Below are positions 39,612-49,487 of a stretch of 64,000 bases of DNA, in pieces. Positions within the stretch are counted from its first letter, which is position 1; the number at the start of each line of letters is the position of its first letter. This stretch comes from Christensenellaceae bacterium. Lineage in GTDB: Bacteria; Bacillota; Clostridia; Christensenellales; CAG-138. Location: contig OY762936.1 of assembly GCA_963666935.1 (NCBI GenBank), positions 453,354 through 517,353 on the forward strand, in the 5' to 3' direction. The position numbers were made by a program, and so were the translations under genes. Below the pieces are notes generated by a model, which saw nothing but the letters and a program-made list of their open reading frames with translations, was not told the DNA's origin and did not search any database.

Positions 39612-39650
39612 GGCTGCGGGAATTAACTTTCTTGCAGCCTTTTCTTTTTT
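39612..39650 (+). terminator. intrinsic terminator/attenuator hairpin in the ABC-F 5' leader
   Basis: ggctgc-gggaattaactttctt-gcagcc followed by ttttctttttt. It lies immediately upstream of RBS gcaggagg and the ATG at 39673. Confidence 0.45.
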
Positions 39651-39672
39651 GCACGCAGGAGGATACGAGAAT

Positions 39673-41163
39673 ATGTCGTTGATCAATATCACAAATCTTA
39701 CTTTTGCATATGAAGGCAGCTACGATAACATATTTGAAAATATCAATTTTCAAATCGACACGGATTGGAAGCTGGGTTTTACGGGGCGAAATGGTCGGGG
39801 AAAAACTACGCTTTTGAACCTGCTGATGGGGAAATACGCCTATGAGGGCAGTATTTTAGCCAGCGTTTCCTTTGAGTATTTTCCCTATGCGGTCAAAGAT
39901 CCCGAGGCGGATACGCTGGAAGTCGTGAACTCAATTCTCGCAGATTATGAGCAATGGCGGCTGCACAAAGAGATGAACCTGCTTGACGTTCCCGCCGACG
40001 TGCTTTTCCGCCCCTTCTCCACTTTGTCCAATGGGGAACAGACGAAGGTGCTTTTGGCCGTCCTCTTCCTGAAGGGGAACAGCTTTCTTTTGATTGACGA
40101 ACCCACAAACCACTTGGACATGGAGGCCCGAAGGATTGTGGGCGACTACCTGAACGCCAAAAAGGGATTCATCCTTGTTTCCCATGACCGGGAGTTTTTG
40201 GACCGCTGCGTCGATCACATTTTTTCCATCAATAAAACCAACATTGAGGTGAAAAAAGGCAACTTCTCCTCATGGTGGCATAACAAAAAACTTCAGGACG
40301 GCTTTGAGATGGCGGAAAATGAGAGGCTGAAAAAGGACATCAGAAGGCTGGAGGAAGCGGCGAAGCAGACATCCCGATGGTCCGATCAGATGGAAAAAAC
40401 GAAAAAGGGAACGAAAATTTCTGGGCTTAGGCCCGACCGGGGCCATCTCGGACACAAGGCGGCCAAGATGATGCAGCGCTCCAAAAGCATGGAGGGCAGG
40501 CTGCAGGCTGCCATGGATCAAAAATCAAATCTGCTCAAAAACATTGAGGTGGGCGAAACACTCAAAATTCATCCCCTAGCCTATCATGCAGATACGCTTT
40601 TTCGCCTGGAAGATGTTTCCGTTTTCTATGGTGGCAGAACGGTCTGCTGGAATGTCAGCTTTGTGATTCAGGCCGGGGATCGGATTGCGTTATGCGGGGA
40701 AAATGGGACCGGTAAGACCAGCCTCCTTAAACTCATTTGCGGCGAGGAAATTCCCTTCAAGGGTGCGCTAAAAAAGGGAAGTGGGCTAAAGATTTCCTAT
40801 GTTCCCCAGGACACTTCGTACTTGATGGGCAATCTGACCGATTTTGCAAGGGAAGGCAACATTGATGAAAGCTTGTTTAAGACGATCCTTCGAAAATTTG
40901 ATTTTCCCCGAGTTCAATTCGAAAAAGATATGCGGGATTTCAGCGCCGGGCAAAAGAAAAAGGCCCTGGTTGCCAGAAGCCTTTGCGAACAGGCCCATCT
41001 GTATGTCTGGGACGAACCGCTCAATTATGTGGACGTCATCTCTCGGATGCAGATTGAGGAGCTTTTAAAAGAATTTGCGCCGACGGTTCTTTTTGTGGAA
41101 CACGACAGCGCATTTTCCAGCCATATTGCCACAAAAACCGTGGAATTGCAGCTTGCCGATTAA
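39673..41163 (+). CDS. ABC-F family ATPase (two tandem ABC domains, no TMD), possibly antibiotic-resistance (ARE, Lsa/Sal/VmlR-like) type
   Basis: Walker A motifs GRNGRGKTT and GENGTGKTS are present. Signature motifs LSNGEQ and FSAGQKKK are present. Walker B motifs LLIDEPTNHLD and YVWDEPLNYVD are present. A charged inter-domain linker is present. A leader attenuator lies upstream. Confidence 0.8.
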   Translation: MSLINITNLTFAYEGSYDNIFENINFQIDTDWKLGFTGRNGRGKTTLLNLLMGKYAYEGSILASVSFEYFPYAVKDPEADTLEVVNSILADYEQWRLHKEMNLLDVPADVLFRPFSTLSNGEQTKVLLAVLFLKGNSFLLIDEPTNHLDMEARRIVGDYLNAKKGFILVSHDREFLDRCVDHIFSINKTNIEVKKGNFSSWWHNKKLQDGFEMAENERLKKDIRRLEEAAKQTSRWSDQMEKTKKGTKISGLRPDRGHLGHKAAKMMQRSKSMEGRLQAAMDQKSNLLKNIEVGETLKIHPLAYHADTLFRLEDVSVFYGGRTVCWNVSFVIQAGDRIALCGENGTGKTSLLKLICGEEIPFKGALKKGSGLKISYVPQDTSYLMGNLTDFAREGNIDESLFKTILRKFDFPRVQFEKDMRDFSAGQKKKALVARSLCEQAHLYVWDEPLNYVDVISRMQIEELLKEFAPTVLFVEHDSAFSSHIATKTVELQLAD

Positions 41164-41195
41164 AATTCTCAAGGGGCGTAAAAAGCCGCTTCGAT

Positions 41196-42131
41196 TTATC
41201 TGCGACGTCCGCCCCCCGAGGATAGGTCGTATGCTGCTATGCACAAATCGCCGCAGACCACTGCGTTTTGCAAGGCATTGGCCACCGCGTTCACCATTCC
41301 GGCGGAAGAGAATGTAGCCCCGGATACAGCATCGACTTGCAAGGACTGGTCTGAAATAATGGTATCTAAGATGGATTTTGCGTAGCTGAAATACTGCGGC
41401 GTTTCATTTTCGCTCAGCACGGAAATTCCTGTCACCTGCCCGCCCAAAACGGTGACGGATACCATGATGTTGCCGTTATAGCCGGTCGCAGAGCCTTCAT
41501 ACGTTCCATCTTTGAGCTGCGCGCCGGAAAATAGGGCCGTGGCTTGTTCGATCACGCCGGAAAGCTGGCCTTGGTCCGATGGTGCCGGGGTTGCAGGCGC
41601 GGGAGTGGTAACCGGAGGGGTGGTGCTGCCCGCATCGGAAGGAGGCATCGAAGCGGCTGCGCTGAATTTTTCCGGAACCTCGATGACCACAAGCTGGGTT
41701 TCGTCGGCCGCACTTTTCGGAAAGAGCTGATTATCTATTTGAATGCCTACATCAAGAAGATGAATGGCCAGCAGGCCGATCATAACCACCGTAAGCACGC
41801 GGTGTACGGGCATCCATGTTTTTTTGAATTTTTTGCGCAGCAGATAGTAGCTTGCCGCCAGCAGAATCGCAACGGCAAAACAGGCGGTGCCCCAGTTCCA
41901 TGTAAAAAGCACCGGCGCAATCATGGCATCCAATATGTTGACGGATGCAAAATTGCCCGCCAGAATACCATGCAAAAGTCCGGTTAAAATCAGCAGCTTT
42001 CCGGAGGGAATATGGTGCTTTGAAAAAAAACGGTTCAGCTTTTTGATTTTGCTGATCCTCGCAATGTACTTCAAAGCTGTAATGGCGGTGAAAACCACCG
42101 CAAGCCAGGCCAATATTTGGCTAAGCAGCAT
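41196..42131 (-). CDS. membrane protein with N-terminal multi-TM (His-containing) domain and C-terminal extracytoplasmic FMN-binding domain
   Basis: FMN_bind motif VDAVSGATFSSAG is present. There are 4-5 N-terminal TM helices and a Pro/Thr-rich linker. Confidence 0.55.
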   Translation of the reverse strand: MLLSQILAWLAVVFTAITALKYIARISKIKKLNRFFSKHHIPSGKLLILTGLLHGILAGNFASVNILDAMIAPVLFTWNWGTACFAVAILLAASYYLLRKKFKKTWMPVHRVLTVVMIGLLAIHLLDVGIQIDNQLFPKSAADETQLVVIEVPEKFSAAASMPPSDAGSTTPPVTTPAPATPAPSDQGQLSGVIEQATALFSGAQLKDGTYEGSATGYNGNIMVSVTVLGGQVTGISVLSENETPQYFSYAKSILDTIISDQSLQVDAVSGATFSSAGMVNAVANALQNAVVCGDLCIAAYDLSSGGGRRR

Positions 42132-42367
42132 ATGCGATCTCCAGTTCCATGTTATTTGATATAGAAAATGATAGCATTAAAAGATGGTTTGATTTAGGCA
42201 TGGATGCAACAATATTTCTGAACTTATTCTTAAAAACACACAAAAAGTACACAAATAATTGGACGGGCCCGCTTTTTGGCCGCCAGGCAAAAAGGACAAA
42301 TAGCCTTCACTGTATAGGAGGCCAAGCTATGGCCCGGGCGGGAAGAGGCGTTTAATGGTGTTTATAA

Positions 42368-43192
42368 TCAGCTTGATTTGGAGGCGGTAATTTCAAACTG
42401 GGAGGCGGCTTTGGAAACATAGTACGGAGTCCAAACGGAATCCTTGGCAGAATCTTCGATCTGTTTCCCGCTGCAGCTGAGCGAAATTCCCTCGGGCGTG
42501 TTGAGGATAATCCGAAAGTCCGAAATAGGTGCGTAGTTTAAATCCGTGCTGGTGGCGTCCAGCACCCAGCCGTTTTCATAATAGGCGGCGATGGGAAAGG
42601 CGCAGGGAAGCAGGGCGGTTTTCTTATCCGCAAAGCCGAAATCCTCGGATTTCGGAATGGCGACGGTAAATTGGATGAGGAGCAGACAGGCTTCACCCGT
42701 GCGCAGCTCGTTGATCAGGGGCACGTTGAGAATGTCACCCGCTTCGCCGGTGATGGTGTAGTAGTTGACATAGCTATTTAATGCTACGCGCTGGATGGTC
42801 ATGCAGCCAGGAGACGCTGTGTTGGGGTAGAGGTGAAGACGGATGGCGTAAAGGGTATCGGGAGAGGTGTTCAGGTAATGCAGTTCCAGCGTTCCCACTA
42901 GTACCCGGCTTTCCCAGTCCAGATCTAGCCGTGCCTTGTAAAGGCTGCGGGTAAGCGGGCTTGTACGCACGGCAGCGGTGGGAATGGGAGAAGCAACGGT
43001 GGGCGCGGAAGAAGCATTAGGTGCGGAGGGAGCGTTGGGTGCGGCCGTTGCTGTGGGAAGCGGAGTCTGCCCGGCGGGCTGCGCTTCGCCGCCGCGGTTC
43101 CAAAAAATAAGAACCAGCGCCAGCCCCGTCACAACGATAGCCAGCACAGGAAGGATCCACATTCGTTTTCTACGCGGAACGCTCTTTTTCAT
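42368..43192 (-). CDS. hypothetical membrane-anchored protein with Ala/Pro-rich linker
   Basis: RBS agaggtg precedes the ATG. N-terminal TM anchor. I recognise no domain. Confidence 0.4.
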   Translation of the reverse strand: MKKSVPRRKRMWILPVLAIVVTGLALVLIFWNRGGEAQPAGQTPLPTATAAPNAPSAPNASSAPTVASPIPTAAVRTSPLTRSLYKARLDLDWESRVLVGTLELHYLNTSPDTLYAIRLHLYPNTASPGCMTIQRVALNSYVNYYTITGEAGDILNVPLINELRTGEACLLLIQFTVAIPKSEDFGFADKKTALLPCAFPIAAYYENGWVLDATSTDLNYAPISDFRIILNTPEGISLSCSGKQIEDSAKDSVWTPYYVSKAASQFEITASKSS

Positions 43193-43507
43193 TGTGCACC
43201 TCTTTTGCTATTATAACATAATTTAGCTGCCCGGATATCCTCGAAATGCGGCCGGTTACATGCAAAAGCCCACAGAACGAGGCGAAGCCCAGAAAGCGGA
43301 GCGGACCTGCGCCGCAGGGTTTCAAGCGATTTCAGACAGAGGAGGGCGGCATCCCGGCGCGATTCCAATCGGCGACAACATAGAAAGCGCCAGATCCTGC
43401 CGCCTAGGCGGATTGGGATTATTTGTGGGCAGCCAGCCGCTATATATTGCTGAACTTTTAAACGTTGTATGATATACTAAAAATAAGATTATGAGTGGGG
43501 TTTGAAT

Positions 43508-44695
43508 ATGCTCAGGTGCAGTTTTTCCAGTGATTCCGCGATGATGAACGTGACGCCGGTTCAAAATATTTTCATCATTGAATACATGCCCAAAGCGCCG
43601 GACGACTATGTGAAGGTATACCTTTACGGGCTGATGCAGTGCTGCTGCCGCGCGATGGAAGGGGCGGATATAGAGTTTGCGCTGGGGCTGAGTGGGCAGA
43701 AAATCGTGGAGGCCATGCTCTACTGGCAGCAGCAGGGACTTTTGGCCATACGCTCGGACGACCCCTTGGAAGTGGAATATAAAAATATTGCGGCGGCGGT
43801 GCCCGTGGGCGGCGGCGTGCGCAGATATGGCGAACTGGTAAAGGCTTTACAGGACGTGGTGGGAACCCGGGTTTTGACCCCCGCGGAGTTGAACAAGATA
43901 TACGACTGGATTGAGATTTTCGGCTTTGAAGAAGCTGCGGCAGTTCTGCTGATCAAGCACTGCGTGGAGAAAAATGGCGTTCGCGTTAAGATCCAGTATA
44001 TGGACAAAACGGCGAAATCCTGGGCGGATGCGGGCATTCTCACCGCCACGGACGCCGAGGCACACCTTGCCGCGCAAAGCGAGCGGCGCAACGGCGCCCA
44101 GGGAATTCTCAGGCGCTGGCGCAAAAACCGCAGCGCTACGCAGGACGAGATGGAGCTTTACAGAAAATGGACGGAGGAATGGTGCATGACCGGCGAGGAG
44201 ATCCTTGCGGCCTGTCCCGCCATGACAGCGGCGGAAAAGCCCTCCTTCGCCTATCTTAACAGCATATTAGAAAACGCGCGGCTTACCGGCACGGTAAAAG
44301 AGTACATCAGCGCCCAGGATGCCATCGCCGAACTGGCACGCCAGGTCTTTTTGCGGGCGGGACTCAAAAAGAATCCCACTTCCGCGCAAAAGGAGCAGGT
44401 GGAGATCTGGTCTCGGGCATGGCATATGGATGCGGAGCTCATTTTGCTGGCGGCAGATTACGCGGCGGATTCCTCGACCCCATTTGCGGAGATCCGCAGG
44501 CTACTAACAGAGTGGCACGAAAAGGGCGTTCGCGGCGTGGCGGCGGCTCGGCGGGAATATGAGAGCGGAAAAGCGCAAAAGCGTCACCGGGGCGCGCAGG
44601 TCTCCCACTCCATGGATTACCCACAGCGCAAGTATACGGCGGATGACCTCAAGCACATTGGAATTAAACTATTGGATGAGGAGGACGAAGGATGA
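43508..44695 (+). CDS. DnaD-domain replication initiation/primosome protein (DnaD/DnaB-like)
   Basis: Two DnaD-like repeats are present (LTPAELNKIYDWIEIFGFEEAAAVLLIKHCVEKN and EEILAACPAMTAAEKPSFAYLNSILENA). It is coupled by ATGA overlap to a DnaI-like gene. Confidence 0.65.
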   Translation: MLRCSFSSDSAMMNVTPVQNIFIIEYMPKAPDDYVKVYLYGLMQCCCRAMEGADIEFALGLSGQKIVEAMLYWQQQGLLAIRSDDPLEVEYKNIAAAVPVGGGVRRYGELVKALQDVVGTRVLTPAELNKIYDWIEIFGFEEAAAVLLIKHCVEKNGVRVKIQYMDKTAKSWADAGILTATDAEAHLAAQSERRNGAQGILRRWRKNRSATQDEMELYRKWTEEWCMTGEEILAACPAMTAAEKPSFAYLNSILENARLTGTVKEYISAQDAIAELARQVFLRAGLKKNPTSAQKEQVEIWSRAWHMDAELILLAADYAADSSTPFAEIRRLLTEWHEKGVRGVAAARREYESGKAQKRHRGAQVSHSMDYPQRKYTADDLKHIGIKLLDEEDEG

Positions 44696-45621
44696 AAATC
44701 CCCGCCGAACTTCTTTACGAATACAGGGAAATCAGGGCGCAGGCGCTGGCGGAATGCGAAGAGCGCACCCGGGCCGCCTATGCTGCCATTCCCCGACTGA
44801 AAGAGATTGCAGACATCCGAACACAGTCGGCGTTTGATTTGGGTAAGGCGCTTTTTGGCGCCCAAGAGCCGGAGCGGATTCAAAAAGAAACACAAGCGGT
44901 CATCGACGCGCTGAACAAAGAGGAAGCGGAAGTTCTATTGCATTATGGTATGCCGGCGGATTATCTAAAACCTTGCTTCCGTTGCGCCAAGTGCGAGGAT
45001 ACGGGGTATGTGGGCAAGGTGCAGCGCAGCATTTGCTCCTGCATGCGCCAGCGGGTCATGCAGCTTAAATATGCGGACTCCCGGATCAACGACTTGGAGC
45101 GGTTTGAGACGTTCCGCACGGATATTTTCTCTGACGAAAAGCAGCGCAAGGCTACGATGATGGGCCGGGATATCTGCCAGCAGTACGCGGAAGCGTTCCC
45201 CATGGCTCGGGGACTGCTGCTTATGGGCGGAACCGGGCTGGGTAAATCCTTCCTGCTCAACGCTGTGGCGCACCGGGTGTCGGCCCGCGGATATGGAGTG
45301 CTGAAAATGACCGCCTACGGCCTGATCAGCGAAGTCATGGCCTCCTTTAAGCGGGGCGGCGAGCTGCCGGATTTTTTAGAGCCTGACCTGTTGGTCATTG
45401 ACGATTTGGGCGCGGAGCCCATGATCAGCAACGTGACCCGGGAGCAGATGCTGGCGATATTAAGCGAGCGCCAGAGTGCGGGCAAGCCCACGGCCATGGC
45501 CACCAACCTTTCCGTGGAGGCGCTGCAGAACTATGGGGAACGGTTTTTTTCAAGATTGGTTGCACCCCGCAACACATTTGTGATCCAACTCACGGGGAAA
45601 GACTTGCGAATCGAATTATAA
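44692..45621 (+). CDS. DnaI/DnaC-like helicase loader (AAA+ ATPase)
   Basis: N-terminal zinc-binding CFRCAKCEDTGYV. Walker A GGTGLGKSFL. Walker B LLVIDDLG. Confidence 0.7.
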   Translation: MKIPAELLYEYREIRAQALAECEERTRAAYAAIPRLKEIADIRTQSAFDLGKALFGAQEPERIQKETQAVIDALNKEEAEVLLHYGMPADYLKPCFRCAKCEDTGYVGKVQRSICSCMRQRVMQLKYADSRINDLERFETFRTDIFSDEKQRKATMMGRDICQQYAEAFPMARGLLLMGGTGLGKSFLLNAVAHRVSARGYGVLKMTAYGLISEVMASFKRGGELPDFLEPDLLVIDDLGAEPMISNVTREQMLAILSERQSAGKPTAMATNLSVEALQNYGERFFSRLVAPRNTFVIQLTGKDLRIEL

Positions 45622-45657
45622 CTGCCGCCGGGAGAGCCCCGGCCGTTCGGAGGAAAC

Positions 45658-46191
45658 ATGCGTCTATTTATCGCCATTGCGCTGCCCAAATCCTTTCAGG
45701 AGGAGGTAGGTCGCATACAAAAAGAGCTTAAGCAGGTCAGCTGCGGCGGCAGTTTTGTGCCCGCCGGGAATTTTCACATTACCCTGCACTTCATTGGCGA
45801 AAGCAAGGATCTGGCGGAGGCCGTGAACGCAATGCGTCAGGCGGTGCGAGGCATCCGCAGCTTTACACTTCACCTTGGAAAATACGATAGCTTCCCCCGG
45901 GGCAAGCGCTGCACCTCGCTGCTCCTTGTTCAGGGAGAGCTGGAGGAGCTGAATACCCTATACGAATCCCTGCAGAGCGCTTTGGCGGACCATGGCTTCT
46001 CCCGGGAACACAAGCACTTCACCCCGCATATCACCTTGGGGCGCAACGTGGAGCACGACGAGCTGGCCGGCGCGGAGCTTTTAAGACTTTCCCCAAACGC
46101 CTCCATGACCGTGCAGGCGATCACGCTCTTTGAGAGCACCCGGATAAGCGGGCGCATCGTTTATACGCCCATTCATACAGAGAGGTTTTGA
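45658..46191 (+). CDS. thpR: RNA 2',3'-cyclic phosphodiesterase (ThpR/LigT, 2H family)
   Basis: Two HxT/S motifs are present: FHITLHFIG and TPHITLGR. Confidence 0.75.
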   Translation: MRLFIAIALPKSFQEEVGRIQKELKQVSCGGSFVPAGNFHITLHFIGESKDLAEAVNAMRQAVRGIRSFTLHLGKYDSFPRGKRCTSLLLVQGELEELNTLYESLQSALADHGFSREHKHFTPHITLGRNVEHDELAGAELLRLSPNASMTVQAITLFESTRISGRIVYTPIHTERF

Positions 46192-46196
46192 CGACT

Positions 46197-49100
46197 ATGA
46201 CCAGCGTGACCTTCGTTCTGGGGAGAGCCGGCTCGGGAAAGAGCCGATTCCTATACGACCGGGTGCGCGAATTGCTTTCCCCGGGTGATTCCGTGGCGCT
46301 GATTGTGCCGGAACAATTTACCTTTGAGACCGAACGTGCCCTTTCCGAAAAACTGGGAGGGCTGATGAACGTTTCGGTCTATTCTTTTGCCTCGCTGGCT
46401 CGCCGGGTCATGAAGGAGCAAGGGGATCAGAGAACCTTCCTCTCCCGGGAAGGCCGGCGCATCCTCATCCGAAAGGTGGCGGAGGAATCCGCTTCGGAAC
46501 TCTCCGTATTTAAAAAGGTATGCGAGCGGCCGGGCTTTTCCGGTAAGTGCGACGAGTTCTTTACCCTTTGCAAACGGTTTGAAGTTTCACCCCTTCAGCT
46601 TGAAGAGGCCGCAAAGCAGACGCAAGATGATTTCCTGCGACACAAGCTTTTTGAACTGGCCATGCTCTATGGCCGCGCGGAGGATGCCCTGACCAACCGT
46701 TACACGGACAGCGAGGACGCCTATTGTGCCCTAAAAGCCGCGCTGCCCGGCTCTTTTTTGGCAAATACCCATGTTTTGCTGGACGGATTTGAGATGCTCA
46801 CCGAGCAGATCTATGGCATTATCGAGGCGCTGATGGACACGGTGCCGACCCTTTGCATTTCCTTCCGCATGCCGGGGGACGCCTGCCGGGACAAGGCTGT
46901 GTTTACAGGAGAGGCGAAGGCATATGAGCGGCTGTATGAAGCCGCGAAAAAGCGGGGATGCAGCACACAGCGCGTGGTGTTTCCCAAAGAGGGCTACCCG
47001 CCCCGCCACACAAGCCCCGCCTTGGCTCATTTGGAGCACGAGGCATTTGCCTATCCCTTTACCACTTACACCGGCGAGGAACCCATGGATTCCATTGCCC
47101 TGTTTGCGGCCACGGACATCGCGGCAGAGGCGGAGGCAGCCGGAGAGGCGGTGCTTCGCATGGCGAAGCGCATGCGCTATCGGGACATTGCGGTGATCCT
47201 GACCCAGGAGGCCTATCTCGTCCCTGTGGCCCGGGCGTTTCGCGCCCGCAATATTCCCTTCTTCACCGATGCGGCGCACAAGCTTTCGGATTATTCCCTG
47301 CCCCGGCTGCTGCTTTGTGCCCTACGGTGCATTCAGAAGAACTATCCAGCCCAGGAGATCATGGCCATAATCCGCACCAGCTTTGCCGGTGTGGAGCCGG
47401 AAGAGGGAGACCTATTTGAAAATTATATCATGGCCTACGGCATCCGCGGCTCCGCCTTTACCCGCCCCTTTGTGAAGGGAGAAATCCCGGCCTGCGCCGA
47501 ATCGGTTCGGGAGACGATTATGGAGCCACTGCTGTGCCTCAAGGAAAACCTTGCGGCGGGGCAGACGGTGGCCGAAAAGGCCGAGGCGGTCTTTGCATAC
47601 ATGGAAGCGCTGCAGGTATTTGACCGGTTGGCTGCGCTAACGGAGACACTGCAGGCGCAAGGCCGGCGGGAGCTCATGGAAGAAAACGCCCAGGTTTATA
47701 GCACAATATTAATGGCGCTGGATCAGATGCACGCCATTATGGGCGGCATGAAGATCAGCAACCGCCGCTTTTCGGCGATTTTGGAAGAGGGGTTCGACGC
47801 TTACGAGATCAACGCCATCCCTGCCACCGCGGATCAGGTATTGCTGGGCAATGCGGACCGAACCCGGGCGGGGAATATCAAAGCCATGTTTGTGCTGGGG
47901 GCCAACGAGGGGAGCTTCCCCGCGTACAGCCCCGACGACGGGATGATCGACGACCGGGAGCTGGAAAAGCTGGGAGAGCTGGGCATCAACCGCTGGGAGA
48001 ACAGCCGGGAGCGGGCGGCTTCCCGACTGATGAACGTATACCGTACCATCACAAAGCCATCGGAATTTCTCTATATGTCCTACACCATGAGTGCCGGGTC
48101 CGACGCGGCACTACCCGCGGCGACGGCGGACCGCATCCGGGAGCTGTTCCCCAAACTTCAGGTCAGGACGAATCTGGAGCCGCTGGAACCGGAATCTCCC
48201 CGGGAAGGTCTGCAGATGCTCATTGAGCACCTGCGGGAATACGCGGATACCGGAATTTCCCATCCGGAGCTTCCGGCACTGTACGCTTGGTGTGCCCATA
48301 GCGGTTTTGCCGGGGAGCTCACAAAAATCCGCTCCGCCCTCTATTACCGCAGCTCGCCTGCGCCCTTTGGAAAGGAGCTGGCACAAAAGCTCTACGGCGG
48401 CTCCCTTTCGGGCAGCGCAACAAGGCTGGAGGCCTACAACGCCTGCCCCTTCCGGCACTTTGCCTGTTATGGCCTAGGCGCGCTGCCCCGGCGGGAATTC
48501 AAGGAGCGGCGGGCGGACGAGGGCGCCTTCTGCCACCAGGCGCTGGAGCGCTTTGTGGCCCAAGCGTTGGGGGAGGGGATTTTGAACCTTTCCGAAGACG
48601 GCTGTGCGCGTATTTTAAACGAGATCATACCGCCCCTGATGGCGGAGCACAACGGCGGCATTTTTTTGGAGACCGCCCGGGGCCGGGCTTCCTGCAGGCG
48701 GCTGGTGCGGGCCATTCATGCCACAGCCCTAGCCATCGTGAAGCAGGCCCAGTCCAGCGGGTTTATTCCCAAGCGCACGGAGGTGCGCTTTGGCCCAGGC
48801 GGGGACTATCCAGCCATCGTATTGCCCTTGGGCAACGGCAGAACCTACTGTCTCAGCGGCCGCATTGACCGCATCGACGGCTGTGTCATCGACGGAACCG
48901 AGTACTTCCGGGTAGTGGATTACAAGACAGGCAATGCTGCATTTAATTATACGAAGCTATTTTTTGGGCTGCGGCTGCAGCTCCCCCTGTACGTGACCGC
49001 CATCTGTGCGGCGGAGGATACGCTGAAGGCTTCCGGCATGTACTATATGCCGGTCTATGATCCGGCGACAGACGAAGACGAAAAAAACCTGCAAGACCGC

Positions 49101-49487
49101 CTCGTGGCCGCGTTTCGGCTCAAGGGCCTGACATTGCGCGACGAAAAGGTGGTACGAGCTACCGCGGGGGTTGACCCACAGAATCCCATCATCCCCACCG
49201 GCGGTTCCGCCGCAGGGATGCTGAACCAACAGGAGCTGGATTTCGTTATGGATTTCGTCAAGGAAAAGGCCTCCGAAACACTGGAGGACATCTTCGCGGG
49301 GGAGGCGGCCGCGCTTCCCGCACGATTGAGCGACAGGACGAATTCCTGCAGTTACTGCGATTACAAGAGCCTCTGCGCCTTTGATTCCAAGTTTTTGGGC
49401 TGCGACTACCGCAGTCTGAGCAATGTGGACCGCAAGGCGTTCTTTGAGGGCCTGGGCAAGGAGGACGGCCATGAATTGGACGGATAG
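46197..49487 (+). CDS. addB: ATP-dependent helicase/nuclease AddAB subunit B
   Basis: N-terminal Walker A-like GRAGSGKS. C-terminal nuclease domain with Fe-S cysteines (CPFRHF ... CSYCDYKSLC). It lies directly upstream of and overlaps addA. Confidence 0.8.
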   Translation: MTSVTFVLGRAGSGKSRFLYDRVRELLSPGDSVALIVPEQFTFETERALSEKLGGLMNVSVYSFASLARRVMKEQGDQRTFLSREGRRILIRKVAEESASELSVFKKVCERPGFSGKCDEFFTLCKRFEVSPLQLEEAAKQTQDDFLRHKLFELAMLYGRAEDALTNRYTDSEDAYCALKAALPGSFLANTHVLLDGFEMLTEQIYGIIEALMDTVPTLCISFRMPGDACRDKAVFTGEAKAYERLYEAAKKRGCSTQRVVFPKEGYPPRHTSPALAHLEHEAFAYPFTTYTGEEPMDSIALFAATDIAAEAEAAGEAVLRMAKRMRYRDIAVILTQEAYLVPVARAFRARNIPFFTDAAHKLSDYSLPRLLLCALRCIQKNYPAQEIMAIIRTSFAGVEPEEGDLFENYIMAYGIRGSAFTRPFVKGEIPACAESVRETIMEPLLCLKENLAAGQTVAEKAEAVFAYMEALQVFDRLAALTETLQAQGRRELMEENAQVYSTILMALDQMHAIMGGMKISNRRFSAILEEGFDAYEINAIPATADQVLLGNADRTRAGNIKAMFVLGANEGSFPAYSPDDGMIDDRELEKLGELGINRWENSRERAASRLMNVYRTITKPSEFLYMSYTMSAGSDAALPAATADRIRELFPKLQVRTNLEPLEPESPREGLQMLIEHLREYADTGISHPELPALYAWCAHSGFAGELTKIRSALYYRSSPAPFGKELAQKLYGGSLSGSATRLEAYNACPFRHFACYGLGALPRREFKERRADEGAFCHQALERFVAQALGEGILNLSEDGCARILNEIIPPLMAEHNGGIFLETARGRASCRRLVRAIHATALAIVKQAQSSGFIPKRTEVRFGPGGDYPAIVLPLGNGRTYCLSGRIDRIDGCVIDGTEYFRVVDYKTGNAAFNYTKLFFGLRLQLPLYVTAICAAEDTLKASGMYYMPVYDPATDEDEKNLQDRLVAAFRLKGLTLRDEKVVRATAGVDPQNPIIPTGGSAAGMLNQQELDFVMDFVKEKASETLEDIFAGEAAALPARLSDRTNSCSYCDYKSLCAFDSKFLGCDYRSLSNVDRKAFFEGLGKEDGHELDG

